A stretch of 64,000 nucleotides of DNA. It comes from an uncultured Acidobacteriota bacterium (GTDB lineage: Bacteria; Acidobacteriota; Thermoanaerobaculia; UBA5066). The position numbers and the translations under genes were made by a program. This document shows positions 39,185 through 52,593 of this stretch, in pieces. The stretch is taken from NCBI GenBank assembly GCA_963779415.1, contig CAVZYA010000001.1, forward strand, positions 2,120,207 through 2,184,206, in the 5' to 3' direction. The notes beneath the pieces are model-generated. The model was given only the letters and a program-made list of their open reading frames with translations. It ran no database searches and was not told the origin of the DNA. Every line of letters starts with the position of its first letter. The first letter of the stretch is position 1.

Positions 39185-39694
39185 TCACTCCAGGAAATCC
39201 AGGTCGCGCCCCGCCGTCTCGGCCATGCCCCAGAGGGAGACCAGGGCGAGGGAGATGCAGGCGAGGCCCACCGTCCAGGCGCTCCCGACGTAGCCCAGAG
39301 GGCCCCGGAGCAGGGAGAAGCTGCCTGTGATCAGCGGGACGGCCCCCCGGACGAAGTTCGGTACCGTGGTGGCCACCGTGGCACGGAGGTTCGTGCCGAA
39401 CTGCTCCGCAGCGATGGTGACGAAGACGGCCCAGTAGCCCGCCATGAGGCCGAGGTACCCCGTCAGGAGGTAGAACGCCGTCGGGGTGAGGCCGCGCACC
39501 GTGAGGTAGGTGGCGATGCCGGAGAGCGTCCCGAGGATGAAGAGGAGAACGACCTTCTTACGGCTTCCCCAGACCTGGCTGAGGATGCCGGATGCGAAGC
39601 TCCCCAGCGTGATGCCGCTGTAGCAGAAGGCCACGGCGGTCCCCGCGGCCACGGGTCCCGTCACGCCGACCTTCGGGGCGAACTCGGGCGCGGA
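39185..39694 (-). repeat. 510-bp direct repeat copy 1: orphan 3' part of the MFS gene
   Basis: Colinear with 42486-42995 (offset 3301); six mismatches found by eye, all in 39188-39343. Confidence 0.95.
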
Positions 39695-39799
39695 CTTGAC
39701 TCGGGCATGTCTCGGCGTCGGGATGAGGAGATTCCCTCGCCGGGACGGAGCTCCAGGGGTTCGGGATAAGCTTCAAGGAAGAAGGCGGAGCAGATCGAG

Positions 39800-42442
39800 G
39801 TGGCGCTCTCCGCAGGCACACGGCTCGGCCCGTACGAGATCCTCGCTCCGCTCGGCGCGGGTGGAATGGGCGAGGTGTACCGGGCGCGCGATGAGAAGCT
39901 CGACCGGGATGTCGCGATCAAGGTGCTGCCCGAATCCGTGGCGGCCGATCGGGACGCGCTGGCGAGGTTCGAGCGGGAGGCGAAGGCGGTCGCCGCGCTC
40001 TCTCATCCGAACATCCTCGCGATTCACGATTTTGGAAACCACGCGGGCATGTCCTATGCCGTCATGGAGCTGCTGGAAGGCGAGACGCTGCGCGACAAGC
40101 TCGACGCCGGACCGATCCCGCAGACGCAGGCCGTGGACTACGCCCTCCAGATCGCCAGGGGCCTCTCCGCCGCACACGAAAAGGGAGTCATCCATCGCGA
40201 CCTGAAGCCCGAGAACCTGTTCGTCAGCAAGGACGGCCACGTCAAGATCCTCGACTTTGGCCTGGCGAAGCGGGTGGAGGCGACTGCCCCGAGCCGGGAG
40301 ACGAGCGCGCCGACCGTCTCGGGTCACACGCGGCCGGGGACGATCATGGGGACGGTTTCCTACATGTCGCCCGAACAGGTGCGGGGACTCTCCGTCGATC
40401 ACCGCTCGGACATCTTCTCCTTCGGGACGATCCTCTACGAGCTGCTCTCGGGCAGGAAGGCGTTCAGGCGGGACACGGCGAGCGACACGATGGCGGCGAT
40501 CATGAGGGACGAGCCGCCGGAGCCGTCTCAATCGGGACGGAGCGTCCCGCCTGCTCTGGACCACATCGTGCGCCATTGCCTGGAGAAGGATCGGGACAAC
40601 CGCTTTCAGTCGGCGAAGGACATCGTGTTCGCGCTCTCCGAGCAGTCCTCGCCGGCCGTCCCGGGCGGCGCGCGGCTGGCCGCGCCACGGGCTGGAAGGA
40701 GGAACCTCCTCATCGCCGTTGCGGCCCTCGTCGTTCTCTCGGTCGCGGGCCTCTTCCTTCTGAGGCGGCCTCGGAAGGCCGCCGGCGAGGTCGACGGCGT
40801 CAAGCGCCTCGCCGTGCTGCCGTTCGAGAACCTGGGCACTCCTGAAGACGACTACTTCGCCGACGGCGTCGCGGACGCCGTGCGAGGCAAGCTCACTTCC
40901 TTGCCGGGCGTGGAGGTGATCGCCAGAGCCAGCTCGACACCGTACAAGAAGACGACGAAGACGCCGAATCAGATCGCCCACGAGCTGGGAGCGAGATACC
41001 TGCTGACGGGCACGGTCCGATGGGAGAGGACCGGAAGTACGAGCCGCGTCCAGGTCAGCCCGGAGCTGGTCGAAGTGAACGAGTCCGGCGCCGCCACCTC
41101 GAAGTGGCAACAGCCGTTCGACGCCGCGCTGACGGACGTCTTTCAGGTGCAGTCGGACATCGCGACGCGTGTGGCGCAGGCCCTCGATGTCGCGATCGGC
41201 GCAAGAGAGGGGGAGCGGCTCGCGGAGACACCCACACGGAACCTGGCCGCTTACGACGCCTTCCTCAAGGGCGAGGAGGCTTCGAAGAGCATGGCCGTCA
41301 ACGACCCGGTCAGCCTTCGCAAGGCACTCGGTTTCTACGAGCAGGCCGTGGCACTCGACCCCGGCTTTGCACGGGCATGGGCACAGATCTCCAAGGCCGA
41401 CTCGATCCTGCATGGCAACAGCACGCCGACGCCCGATCTGGCGGAGCACGCGCGGCAAGCGGCGGAGAGGGCCGTGGCGCTCGCCCCGGACCGGCCCGAC
41501 GGATACCTGGCGCTCGGCACGTACATGCGCGTGGTCGTCGGCGACCTCAGCCGCGCGCTGGAGCAGTATGCGAAGGGGCGGCGCATCGCGCCCGGCAACG
41601 CAGATCTCCTCAGGGCAACCGCGTTGACCGAGCAGAGCCTCGGACACTGGGACGCGGCGGTGGAGCACTTCAGGCAGGCGGAACGCCTCGATCCCCGCTC
41701 GGTCAACAACAAGTGGACGCTCGGCATCGCGCTGCGTAGCATGAGGCGATATTCCGAAGCGCGCGAAGTCTTCGACCGTGGGCTCGCTCTCGCACCCGCG
41801 AACCTCACCCTGATCGAGCAAAAGGCGATGACGTTCCTCGGGGAGGGAGATCTCGCGAAAGCCCGGGCCGTGCTGAGCGCCGCGCCCCGGGAGGTCGCCC
41901 CCGCCGCGATCGTGTCGTATCTGGCGACCTACTTCGATCTCGTCTGGGTTCTCGACGAAGAGCAGCGCGAACTGCTCCTTCGCCTGACGCCGAGCGCCTT
42001 CGACAACAACAGGGGGGGCTGGAGCCTTTGTCTCGTCCAGGCCTACGCCTTGAAGGGTGACGCGGCGAAAATGCGCTCCCATGCCGAGAAGGCGAGGGAG
42101 GCCTTCGAAGATCAGCTCCGCTCGGCGCCCGAGGACGCCCAGCTCCATGCCCTCCACGGGCTCGCGCTGGCGTATCTCGGGAAGAAGAACGAAGCGATCC
42201 GCGAGGGGGAGCGCGCCGTCGCGCTCCTGCCCACGACCAGGGATGCGTACCTTGGCCCCTACCTCGAGCACCAGCTCGTGCGCATCGACATTCTCGTCGG
42301 CGAGCCGGAGAAGGCCCTCGACCACCTGGAGCCGCTCCTGAGGATTCCCTACCTGCTCTCGCCCGGCTGGCTCAGGATCGATCCCAACTTCGATCCGCTG
42401 CGCAAGAACCCGAGGTTCCAGAAGCTGACGCGCGGAACGTAG
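39800..42442 (+). CDS. Ser/Thr protein kinase with TM helix, TolB-N-like domain and TPR repeats
   Basis: [30 protein letters not shown]; [27 protein letters not shown]; [13 protein letters not shown]. Confidence 0.95.
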   Translation: MALSAGTRLGPYEILAPLGAGGMGEVYRARDEKLDRDVAIKVLPESVAADRDALARFEREAKAVAALSHPNILAIHDFGNHAGMSYAVMELLEGETLRDKLDAGPIPQTQAVDYALQIARGLSAAHEKGVIHRDLKPENLFVSKDGHVKILDFGLAKRVEATAPSRETSAPTVSGHTRPGTIMGTVSYMSPEQVRGLSVDHRSDIFSFGTILYELLSGRKAFRRDTASDTMAAIMRDEPPEPSQSGRSVPPALDHIVRHCLEKDRDNRFQSAKDIVFALSEQSSPAVPGGARLAAPRAGRRNLLIAVAALVVLSVAGLFLLRRPRKAAGEVDGVKRLAVLPFENLGTPEDDYFADGVADAVRGKLTSLPGVEVIARASSTPYKKTTKTPNQIAHELGARYLLTGTVRWERTGSTSRVQVSPELVEVNESGAATSKWQQPFDAALTDVFQVQSDIATRVAQALDVAIGAREGERLAETPTRNLAAYDAFLKGEEASKSMAVNDPVSLRKALGFYEQAVALDPGFARAWAQISKADSILHGNSTPTPDLAEHARQAAERAVALAPDRPDGYLALGTYMRVVVGDLSRALEQYAKGRRIAPGNADLLRATALTEQSLGHWDAAVEHFRQAERLDPRSVNNKWTLGIALRSMRRYSEAREVFDRGLALAPANLTLIEQKAMTFLGEGDLAKARAVLSAAPREVAPAAIVSYLATYFDLVWVLDEEQRELLLRLTPSAFDNNRGGWSLCLVQAYALKGDAAKMRSHAEKAREAFEDQLRSAPEDAQLHALHGLALAYLGKKNEAIREGERAVALLPTTRDAYLGPYLEHQLVRIDILVGEPEKALDHLEPLLRIPYLLSPGWLRIDPNFDPLRKNPRFQKLTRGT

Positions 42443-42485
42443 AACCTGCGAGTCTCTCGTGCGCCACGCCCTGATCCGGTGATGC

Positions 42486-42995
42486 TCATTCCAGGAAATC
42501 CAGGTCGCGCCCCGCCGTCTCGGCCATGCCCCAGAGGGAGACCAGTGCGAGGGAGATGCATGCAAGGCCCACCGTCCAGGCGCTCCCGACGTAGCCCAGA
42601 GGGCCCCGGAGCAGGGAGAAGCTGCCTGTGATCAGCGGGACGCTCCCCCGGACGAAGTTCGGTACCGTGGTGGCCACCGTGGCACGGAGGTTCGTGCCGA
42701 ACTGCTCCGCAGCGATGGTGACGAAGACGGCCCAGTAGCCCGCCATGAGGCCGAGGTACCCCGTCAGGAGGTAGAACGCCGTCGGGGTGAGGCCGCGCAC
42801 CGTGAGGTAGGTGGCGATGCCGGAGAGCGTCCCGAGGATGAAGAGGAGAACGACCTTCTTACGGCTTCCCCAGACCTGGCTGAGGATGCCGGATGCGAAG
42901 CTCCCCAGCGTGATGCCGCTGTAGCAGAAGGCCACGGCGGTCCCCGCGGCCACGGGTCCCGTCACGCCGACCTTCGGGGCGAACTCGGGCGCGGA
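42486..42995 (-). repeat. 510-bp direct repeat copy 2 (3' end of the intact MFS gene)
   Basis: See copy 1. Confidence 0.95.
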
Positions 42996-43724
42996 GGTGA
43001 TGAGGATCGCCACCACGAACCAGGTCGGCAGGCCGATGAGGACGCAGCGGAGGTAGCGGAGGAAGCGCTCGCCACGGGTAAAGAGGCTCAGGAAGTCGCC
43101 GCGCGTCACGCCGGCCTGCTCGCCGAGGTTCCGGAACATCCCGCTCTCGCGGAGGCTGAAGCGGGTGGCCAAAAGGACGAGGCCCAGCCCGCCTCCGACG
43201 AGGTAGGCGGTGCGCCAGGGGAAGTACTTGCCGACGAGGCTCGCGGTCACCGTCCCGAAGATGCCCACTCCCGCGACGATGGCGGTGCCGTAGGCGCGGA
43301 GGTTCCTGGGGAGGATCTCGCTCACAAGCGTCACCGCCGCGCCCAGCTCGCCCGCCAGACCGAGCCCCGCCAGGAAGCGCCATACGGCGTAGGCGGGAAG
43401 CCCGTGGACGAAGGCGTTGGCGATGTTCGCCACGGAGTAGAGCGCGATGCTCCCGAAAAGCGTCGAGAGGCGGCCCTTCTTGTCGCCGAGGACGCCCCAG
43501 AAGATCCCGCCCAGCAGCATCCCCACCATCTGGGAGTTGAGCAGCAGGAACGTGGCGGAGACCTGCGCGTCCCCCTGCGGGATGCCGAGATCCGTCAGGC
43601 TCGGCTGCCGCACGATCGGGAAGAGGAGCAGGTCGAACATGTCCACGAAGTACCCGAGGGCCGCCACGAAGACGGTCAGGCTGAGGATCTGCGACAGCGG
43701 GTGCTTCTCGGAGGTGGCGCCCAC
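42486..43724 (-). CDS. MFS transporter
   Basis: About 12 TM helices; GVLGDKKGR motif A, RFLAGLGLAGE, AEQFGTNLRAT. Confidence 0.92.
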   Translation of the reverse strand: MGATSEKHPLSQILSLTVFVAALGYFVDMFDLLLFPIVRQPSLTDLGIPQGDAQVSATFLLLNSQMVGMLLGGIFWGVLGDKKGRLSTLFGSIALYSVANIANAFVHGLPAYAVWRFLAGLGLAGELGAAVTLVSEILPRNLRAYGTAIVAGVGIFGTVTASLVGKYFPWRTAYLVGGGLGLVLLATRFSLRESGMFRNLGEQAGVTRGDFLSLFTRGERFLRYLRCVLIGLPTWFVVAILITSAPEFAPKVGVTGPVAAGTAVAFCYSGITLGSFASGILSQVWGSRKKVVLLFILGTLSGIATYLTVRGLTPTAFYLLTGYLGLMAGYWAVFVTIAAEQFGTNLRATVATTVPNFVRGSVPLITGSFSLLRGPLGYVGSAWTVGLACISLALVSLWGMAETAGRDLDFLE

Positions 43725-43760
43725 ACGACTACCCCAAGGCCGTCGAGAATGGCATCGAGC

Positions 43761-45533
43761 CTACAGCTCCTTGAATCCCCAGAAGGGAAAGTCGAGCATG
43801 TACTCTCCCACCTTGCCCGGGCTGTTTTCCCTGCTGGCGACCAGCCACAGCGTGCTCTTGCGCTCCTGCGTGCTGAGGGGGTCGAGCAGATTCCAGTTGG
43901 GCTGAAGAATGATCGCGTTATCGGCGCTGTATTCGATGTCGCCGGATTCCTTGAAGGAACCCATGTCGGGCAGCCTGTTGTAGCTGCCTTCCGCGCCGCG
44001 GGACAGCTCCGAGACTACCAGGAACGCGACGCGCTGCTCGTCGCGGATGGACTCCATGTGCCTCAGCCATTCGTCGATGCCGGTGCGCCGCTCGGAGAGA
44101 CTCTTGAACGGCAGCTTGTGCAGGCTGTCGATGACGACCAGGCACTTGTCGAGCCGGGTCTCGTGCTTGATGAAATCGATCTGCCGCCGCATGATGTCCG
44201 GACTCAGCTTCCGGTCCGTGACGACGCGGAAATAGAGCAGCATCTTCCCGAGCTCGGCCTGCGCCTTGCCGAGCCGGGCGGCGGTGCCGGCTTCGGGCTC
44301 CTGCTCGCGGAGCGCCTCTTCGGAAAGCCTGCTCAGCCGGCAGAGAGTCCTGAGGTAGATCTTCTGGCGGCCATTCTCGAAGTCGTAGTAGATCACCGGT
44401 ACGCCCTGGCGGGCCGCTTCGGTCGACACCTGCATGAAGAAGGAGGATTTTCCTGACTTGGGCTGCCCGCCCATGATGTTGATGCCCCGGATGCCGTTGA
44501 GGGCCTGGTCCATTCGCGCAAAGCCGGTCGGAACGCCCAGGATGCTCTTGCCCTTGTCCTTCTCCAGGGCCTCCAGGAAGTTCACGTGCTCCCGCTCCGG
44601 GGAGGTGAACGGGGAGAAGGCTCTGGAGCTCTTGATCATGCCCGCGACCGCCGCTCCAAACCCGGTCCCCTTCTCCCGGGCCAGCTGCAGGAGATGGAAA
44701 TCGCGTTTCACGTTCGACGGCCAGTTGAGGATCCGTACCTTGAACCCGAGACTGGTGGCCAGGCTGCGGGCGGCGACCTGGGCCTCGGGGGTGTTGTTGA
44801 ACACGATGAGCACGTGGTTTATGTAAGCGAAGCGTTCGAGCTGAAGGGCCTCGAGCGCGGACAGGTTGGGCACGGCGATGCACGGGTAGCCGAGTTCCTT
44901 GAGGGTGAGGAGGTTCCGCTCGCCGTCGGTGATGAAGATTGCGCCGTTCTCGCAGCGATCGATCTCTTCGAGGTTGAAGACCTGGAACTCGGGGCCGTAG
45001 AACTTGTCGTCTCCCATCCAGAAATGATCCGCCTCGACGCCCGGCGAAACGCAGCGGACCGCATAGCAGTTACCGTCCTCGAGGAAATACGGAAAGACCA
45101 GATACCGGCCATTGAAGCCGATCCGGAGTTCGTCCACGGTCCCTCTCGAGATGCCGAAAGCGCCGAAAGACGCGTACTGTTCCTCGGACATGCCGGCCTG
45201 GTACTTCTTCACGTCGGAGTTCAGGGTCTTGCCCGGGAAGACGATGTTGCGCACGTAGGTCGAGCGGTCGGGATCGAATCCCGGCACGAGCATGGGGTCG
45301 ACACCCCGTAGCCGCCCGAAGTAGGTGGCAAACCCACCGGGTTTGCACCGGTTGAGGCACTTGAAATAGCCGTAGAAGAAACTGTCGGGATCGAGATCGA
45401 CGACCACCGTTCCGGGGACCGCATCCTTGGCGGGCACGCAGAACGGGCAGGGCGCCTGAACCGTCAGACCCACCGGACGGGCCTCCGGAAGATGCTGCAG
45501 ATAGAATTGCCTGACAGGGTCGGTTGCGTTCAT
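43761..45533 (-). CDS. Zn-finger + degenerate TOPRIM + DnaB-like (SF4) helicase fusion
   Basis: CPFC...CLNRC; GIS..T...RIG, LVFPY; ITDGE, VFNNT; GVPTGF..MD...NG; GGQPKSGKS; YDFEN; VVIDSL; SELSR; ESGDIEYSADN. Confidence 0.85.
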   Translation of the reverse strand: MNATDPVRQFYLQHLPEARPVGLTVQAPCPFCVPAKDAVPGTVVVDLDPDSFFYGYFKCLNRCKPGGFATYFGRLRGVDPMLVPGFDPDRSTYVRNIVFPGKTLNSDVKKYQAGMSEEQYASFGAFGISRGTVDELRIGFNGRYLVFPYFLEDGNCYAVRCVSPGVEADHFWMGDDKFYGPEFQVFNLEEIDRCENGAIFITDGERNLLTLKELGYPCIAVPNLSALEALQLERFAYINHVLIVFNNTPEAQVAARSLATSLGFKVRILNWPSNVKRDFHLLQLAREKGTGFGAAVAGMIKSSRAFSPFTSPEREHVNFLEALEKDKGKSILGVPTGFARMDQALNGIRGINIMGGQPKSGKSSFFMQVSTEAARQGVPVIYYDFENGRQKIYLRTLCRLSRLSEEALREQEPEAGTAARLGKAQAELGKMLLYFRVVTDRKLSPDIMRRQIDFIKHETRLDKCLVVIDSLHKLPFKSLSERRTGIDEWLRHMESIRDEQRVAFLVVSELSRGAEGSYNRLPDMGSFKESGDIEYSADNAIILQPNWNLLDPLSTQERKSTLWLVASRENSPGKVGEYMLDFPFWGFKEL

Positions 45534-45642
45534 GGAGGCGGCCCCTTCCGCGTCAAGGGTAACGCCGACCGGAGTTTGCCGGTTGACCGCTTCCACGACC
45601 GGACCGGGCGCCCCTCCGCGGCTCCTCCCGGCGCGCGGCGCC

Positions 45643-46627
45643 TCAGGCCCGGTCGCCGAGCTCGGTGACGCGGTCCTTCGGCTGCAGCGCCGCGACGTAG
45701 CGATCCGGCGCGTGCTCCCGGATCGAGGAGGGCCCGCGGGGCAGCTTCCCCCCCGCGAGGGCGAGGAGAGCGCGCGGCAGGCTCTTCAGCTGCGCGACCG
45801 GCGCGGGAGTCTCCGTCCAGCCGCCGTCCGCGAAGCGCCATTCCCGGCCGAAGTGGGCGAGGCGGCACCACGACGCGGGCGGCAGCGCGGGGATCGGATC
45901 GCCCGGGAGGACGTGGCGGTGGAGGCGCCGGCCGACCTCCCTCGCGGCGGCCGGGAGCGGCGCGCCCGTCGTCAGCGGCTGGCCGAACGTGTAGACGGCG
46001 CGGAGCCGCTCCGCGATCCCGCGGCACTCCGGAAGGCTCCGCGATCGAAAGCGCGAACAGGACCGCCATCGCCCCGCCGAGGCTGTGGCCGGTGACGTAG
46101 AGCGCCTCCATCGGGTGATCCACGCGGGCGGCGGGATCGAAAAGCGAGCGGCCCTCGAGCGCCGCGCCGAGCTCCTGGAGGACGACCCAGCGCGTCGCGC
46201 GCACGTTGCGGTGGAACCCCGCCGGGACGCGGAGCCGCTCGCCTCCGACCGCCATCGAGGCGGAGCCGACGTCGGCGTCGCCGAGCCAGTTCCCCAGGTT
46301 CGACGGCTCCGTGCCGCGGTAGCAGAGGATCACGACGCGCCCGCACCGGCTCTGGAGGAGATACGCGGTCGAGAAGACGAGCATCGCGTCGACGACCTGC
46401 GTCACCCGCACGCCCGCGCACTCCTCGAGCCCCACGCGGCTCGCGATCGTCGCGACCGTGTCGAGGTCCGCGTACGCGTACCCCGCGCAGCAGCCGAGGG
46501 CGTGGGCGAGGACTTCGTCGCGCGGCGCGTCCGGCGAGGCGTGCGCGGCGAGGAGCCGCTCGACGAGGCCTTCGTGGACGGGGAACGGCGCCAGACGCGC
46601 CGGCCCGCGGGTTCTCTGGAGTCTCAT
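45643..46627 (-). CDS. Lipase class 3 family protein (frameshifted)
   Basis: LCYRGTE, GFH, LYVTGHSLGGAMA; continues in another frame as VYTFGQP, GDPIPALPP, EHAPDRY; shift near 46035 and probably near 45750. Confidence 0.8.
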
Positions 46628-46638
46628 GTCTCCCCTCC

Positions 46639-49292
46639 TCAGACCGACAGCATGCCCGGCCAGCGGAGCATCCAGGTCCGCCGACGCGCTGTCTCGCGCC
46701 ACTCCGGATCATCGGGCTCGATCCGCTCGGAGCCCCCGGCGATCTCCTCGAGACGCGCCTCGAGAGCGCCCGCGGCCGTCTCGTCCTCGACGACGAGCAG
46801 GAGCTCGTCCTCCCAGTAGGCGGCCGTGACGTCGAGGTTGGCGCTCCCGACGGAGCAGACGCGGCCGTCCACGCTGAGGACCTTGGCGTGCACGTGCGGG
46901 TGAACGGTGCCGAGCCCCGCGGCCCAGCCCGGCCGCTCGCGGACCGCGAGCCGGTACACCTCGGCCCCGGCCGCGACGAGGGCGTCGAGGCGCGAGTCGA
47001 CGAGCTCGCTCGCCGCCTGCCGCGCCGTGCTCCAGGGCCCGCGGAAAGGGGTCTCCTCGTGCGTCGGCGTCGTGTGGCCGACGATCGCGCGCACCGTGAC
47101 GCCCCGCGCGATCGCGCGGAGGAGCGCGTGCTGGATCTCGAGGAGGAGCGGGAAGCCGTTCACGACCCAGACGTGCGCGCGCGCGGCGTCGATGAGCGCA
47201 AGGTACGTTTCGAGCGTCGCCGCGTCGCGAAGGCCGTGGTGGACGACGACCCGCGCCGCCGCGCCGCCCGCCGGTTCCTGCGGCGCCACGTCGAACGGCG
47301 CGCCTCCGGCGGCCGTCCACGCGTCGAGGAACGAGCGCTCGAGCGCCTCGACGGCGGGTCCCTCGACGCGCGCCCCGGCGTCGAGCCACGGCACCTCGCG
47401 CCAGAGCGAGGCGGGCCCGAGCGCCACCTCGTCGAAGCCCGCGTAGTACTCGTGCGAGAGGTTCCGCCCGCCGACGAGCGCGAGGCGGCCGTCCACGACG
47501 ACGACCTTCCGGTGGTCGCGCTGCTTCAGGTCCTCGATCGACGGCGCGCCGGCGACCGGGCGCGTCAGACGCAGCTCCACGTTCGGGCGGGCTCCGAGGC
47601 GCGCCAGGAGCGGGTTCGTCAGGCCGAAGGAGCCGTGGAGGCCGTGCAGCGAGTCGACGACGACGCGCACCGTGACGCCCCGCGCCGCCGCCGCGGCGAG
47701 CGCGGACTCCACCCGGGCGCCGACGTCGTCGTCCATCGCCATGTAGACCTGGAAGTGGATGCGCCGCTCGGCGCGCGCGAGGGCGTCGAGGAGCCAGCCC
47801 CGCGCCGTCGGGTTGTCGAGCTCGATCTCGACGCGGTTGCCCGGGATCGTCAGGGCGCCCGTCGCGGCATCGAGCCGCGCCGCGAGCGCCTCCGTCCGGG
47901 CAGGAGGGTCGAAGGAGAGCGGCAACGCCGCGGCCACCTCGTCGGCCCGGAGGGCGGAGAATCCGATCGTGCGGGGCGTGTGAAGGCCCCCGTGGACCAC
48001 GGCGGCGACCGGGAATCCCGCGCCCCGCATCCGGGCCGCGACGCGCGCCAGCCGGACCGGATCCGCCTCCTCGGGCACGTCGAGCGCCGCGCCCTCGTCG
48101 AGCACGGCGCTCGCGTCGGCCACGCGCTCGGGAAGGCCGAACGACGCGAGCCTCGCGCGGATCGACGCGCAGCTCCGGACCGGGCGCAGGCGCACGGCGA
48201 GGAGATCGAGCCCTCCGGGGCCGCCGATCCCCGCGAGGCGCGCGAGATCGTCGTCCGGCAGCTCCGCGTCGAAGAGTCCGAGCGGCCGGGGGCCCGGCCG
48301 GATGACCGCAATGCGCTGCTCGACGGCGGCGACGGGGTCGGCGCCCGCGGCCTCCGCGGTACGGGACAGTCCGAGCGACTCCGCGCCGCCGGCGGGGACC
48401 TCCGCGAATCCGTCCCGGCTCCCGGCCCTCCCGACCGTCCGGCCGCGCGCCACGAACGCGACCTCCTGATCCGGGATCGGCTCGAGCCGTCCCACGCCGG
48501 TCTGCGTACGTGATCCGGACGCGCGAGCGGCCCGCCGAGATCCACGGCGTCGGCGGCGTCGATCGTCCGCCGCAGCGCCCGCGGCGCGGCGAGAGGAGGG
48601 AGCACGAGGACGGGCGCCCGCCACGAGGAGACGGCGAGGAGCGCGCCGGAAAGACGCGGCACCACGAGGAGGTCGGGCGCCGGGAGGCGGGCCGCGCCGG
48701 GCGACGCGAACTCGACGCGGGCGGCGATCCCCGCGACCGAAAGCGCCACGGTGAGTCGGGCGTCGGGGACCTTCGGGCCGAGAATCGTGCACCGGAGCTC
48801 GGCGCTCCCGTGATCGCGGAGGAAGGCGGCGACCGCTCCCAGGGCCCGCGCGCCGAACGCCGCGCACGCGATCTCGCGCATCGGTCCCTCGGCTGCGGGC
48901 GCGTCGCCGATCCAGAGAAGCGGGAGCGTCAGGCGCCTGCGCAGCCCGGCGAGGAGCGGAATCGCGCTTGCGGGGAGCCCCGCGGCGGCGACGAGATCGA
49001 TCCCGGCGCCTTTCGCGAGCACGGCGAGCGCGTCGGCGCCGAGCTCCTCGGCGAGCATCAACTCCGCGCTGCGCGCCAGGCCCGCCGTGGCCGTGCGCAG
49101 CGCCTCGAGCGAGGACGCCGCCGCGTTCCGGTCTCCGCGCGCGTCGTGCGACAGCAACGTGATTTCGCGGCCGGGGGCGTGCGCCACCACGACGAGCCGC
49201 TCGGCTTCGGGCGCGAGCCGGCGGATCGCCGCGGCGGCGGGCGCCGCGTCGCCCCCGAGCTCGACGATCAGGAGGACCCGCCGGTAGCTCAC
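46639..49292 (-). CDS. Phospholipase D / cardiolipin-synthase-like protein with N-terminal tandem USP-like region (frameshifted near 48510)
   Basis: Two HKD motifs DHRKVVVVD and HAKVLSVD, GGRN, GSANLD; N-terminus SYRRVLLIV...IDLV...LPLLWI...DLLVVP...APVLVLP; GTGA overlap with the upstream gene. Confidence 0.8.
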
Positions 49293-50210
49293 GACACGAT
49301 CCTCGCAGGCATCGGCACGCGCGAGAAGCCCGTCCCCGACGCGTCGAGGGCGTACGACTCGACGCGCGCCACCGCCCCGTCCCCCGCGATCTCGTAGAGG
49401 TTGAAGCCGGCCCGGACCGCGGGATCGGGGTGGTCGAGCGCGGCGCCGCTCGCGGAGACGACGTCGAGCGTCCCCGACGAGGTCCGGAGCGCGACGCGCG
49501 ACCTCGCGTGGACGTGGCCGAAGAGAAGCAGCCCGCGTGGGAGGCGATCGACGACGAGCCGGAGCCGATCCGCGTCGAGCAGGCCGTCGCGCAGGCGGGC
49601 GAGGCGGCTCCGCGCGTCCACCGGGGGATGATGGACGAGGAGAACGGGCGTGCGCGACGCGACCTCGGGGAGCGCGAGGAGCCTCTCGAGCGCGGCGAGC
49701 TGCTCGCGGCCGAGGACGCCGCCCGACACGAACAGGGGGCGCGGGACGGCGCTCGAAAGGCCGATGATCGCCGCCGGCCCGCGCAGCTTCACGAACGGGT
49801 AGTCGCCGGCCGGCAGCGTGACCGCGAGCGCGGCGACGCTCGCTGGTCACGAACGGGGCGAAGTGGTGCGGGAACCGGCGCTCGCGTCCGACCGCCGGCA
49901 GGTAGATGTCGTGGTTCCCCGGCACGACCGTCACCTCGACCCGGCGCGCGACCTCGTCGAGCAGGCGGCGCGCCTCGCGGTACTCGCTCTCGTGCGCCAT
50001 GTTCGTGATGTCGCCCGTCACGACGACGTGGTCGGAACGCGCGGCGGCCTCCTCGAGCACGGCCCTCAGGTACTCGCGCCGGTGGACGCGCCCGCGCCGG
50101 AGGACGACGTTCGCCCATCCCGTGATCCGCTTGTTGAAAAGCATGCGGCGCCACTCGGCGCCGAGGCGGGACAGGACATGGACGTCGGAGACGTGGGCGA
50201 TGCGCAGCAT
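49289..50210 (-). CDS. Calcineurin-like metallophosphoesterase (frameshifted near 49830-49850)
   Basis: [30 protein letters not shown]. Confidence 0.85.
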
Positions 50211-50214
50211 GTGC

Positions 50215-52151
<1,937 letters not shown>

Positions 52152-52190
52152 TGCGAGCCTTTCTATCATGAGGGCGTCTGGTCGTCATCG

Positions 52191-52553
52191 TCATGCTCCG
52201 AGGTGGAACCGGCCCGCTGCGATCGCGACGCAGACGAGCGAGAGCACGAGGGCCGGGGCGGAGCTTTCGTGAAGACGCCGGTGCGTCTGGACGGCGCCGA
52301 GCAGCAGAACGGCCAGGCACACCGCCGCGATCGGCGTGAGCACGGGCGCGATGTGCAGCGCCGCCGGGAGCACGAGCCCGAACGCGCCCGCGACCTCGGC
52401 GAGACCGAGCAGCTTGATACGGCCGGGCGGCCACGTCGCGGCCCAGTGCATCTTCCCGGCGAGCTTCTCCTTCGGCGTCACCAGTTTGAGAGCGCCCGTG
52501 AGGAGGAAGACGAGCGCGGCGAATCCCTGTGCGATCCAGAGCGCGGTGGTCAT
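52191..52553 (-). CDS. DoxX family membrane protein
   Basis: ALWIAQG, GALKL, GLAEVAGAFGLVLP, GAVQTHRR; RBS GGGAG. Confidence 0.82.
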   Translation of the reverse strand: MTTALWIAQGFAALVFLLTGALKLVTPKEKLAGKMHWAATWPPGRIKLLGLAEVAGAFGLVLPAALHIAPVLTPIAAVCLAVLLLGAVQTHRRLHESSAPALVLSLVCVAIAAGRFHLGA

Positions 52554-52593
52554 GACGAACTCTCCCTTTCTTCGAGGTGCGGAAGATCGTGCT

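Noticed and set aside
39185-39694. Pure assembly duplication
   Set aside because: Copies differ by codon-aware substitutions and end at the stop codon; a strain chimera is still possible
39185-42995. Diversity-generating retroelement TR/VR pair (four of six mismatches are A in the intact copy, coding strand)
   Set aside because: Two mismatches are not at A, changes are mostly synonymous, the repeat is 510 bp, and no reverse transcriptase is in the window
43761-45533. Housekeeping dnaB or dnaG
   Set aside because: Lacks the DnaB N-terminal domain, carries a Zn-finger/TOPRIM-like N-terminus, and is not in a core-genome context
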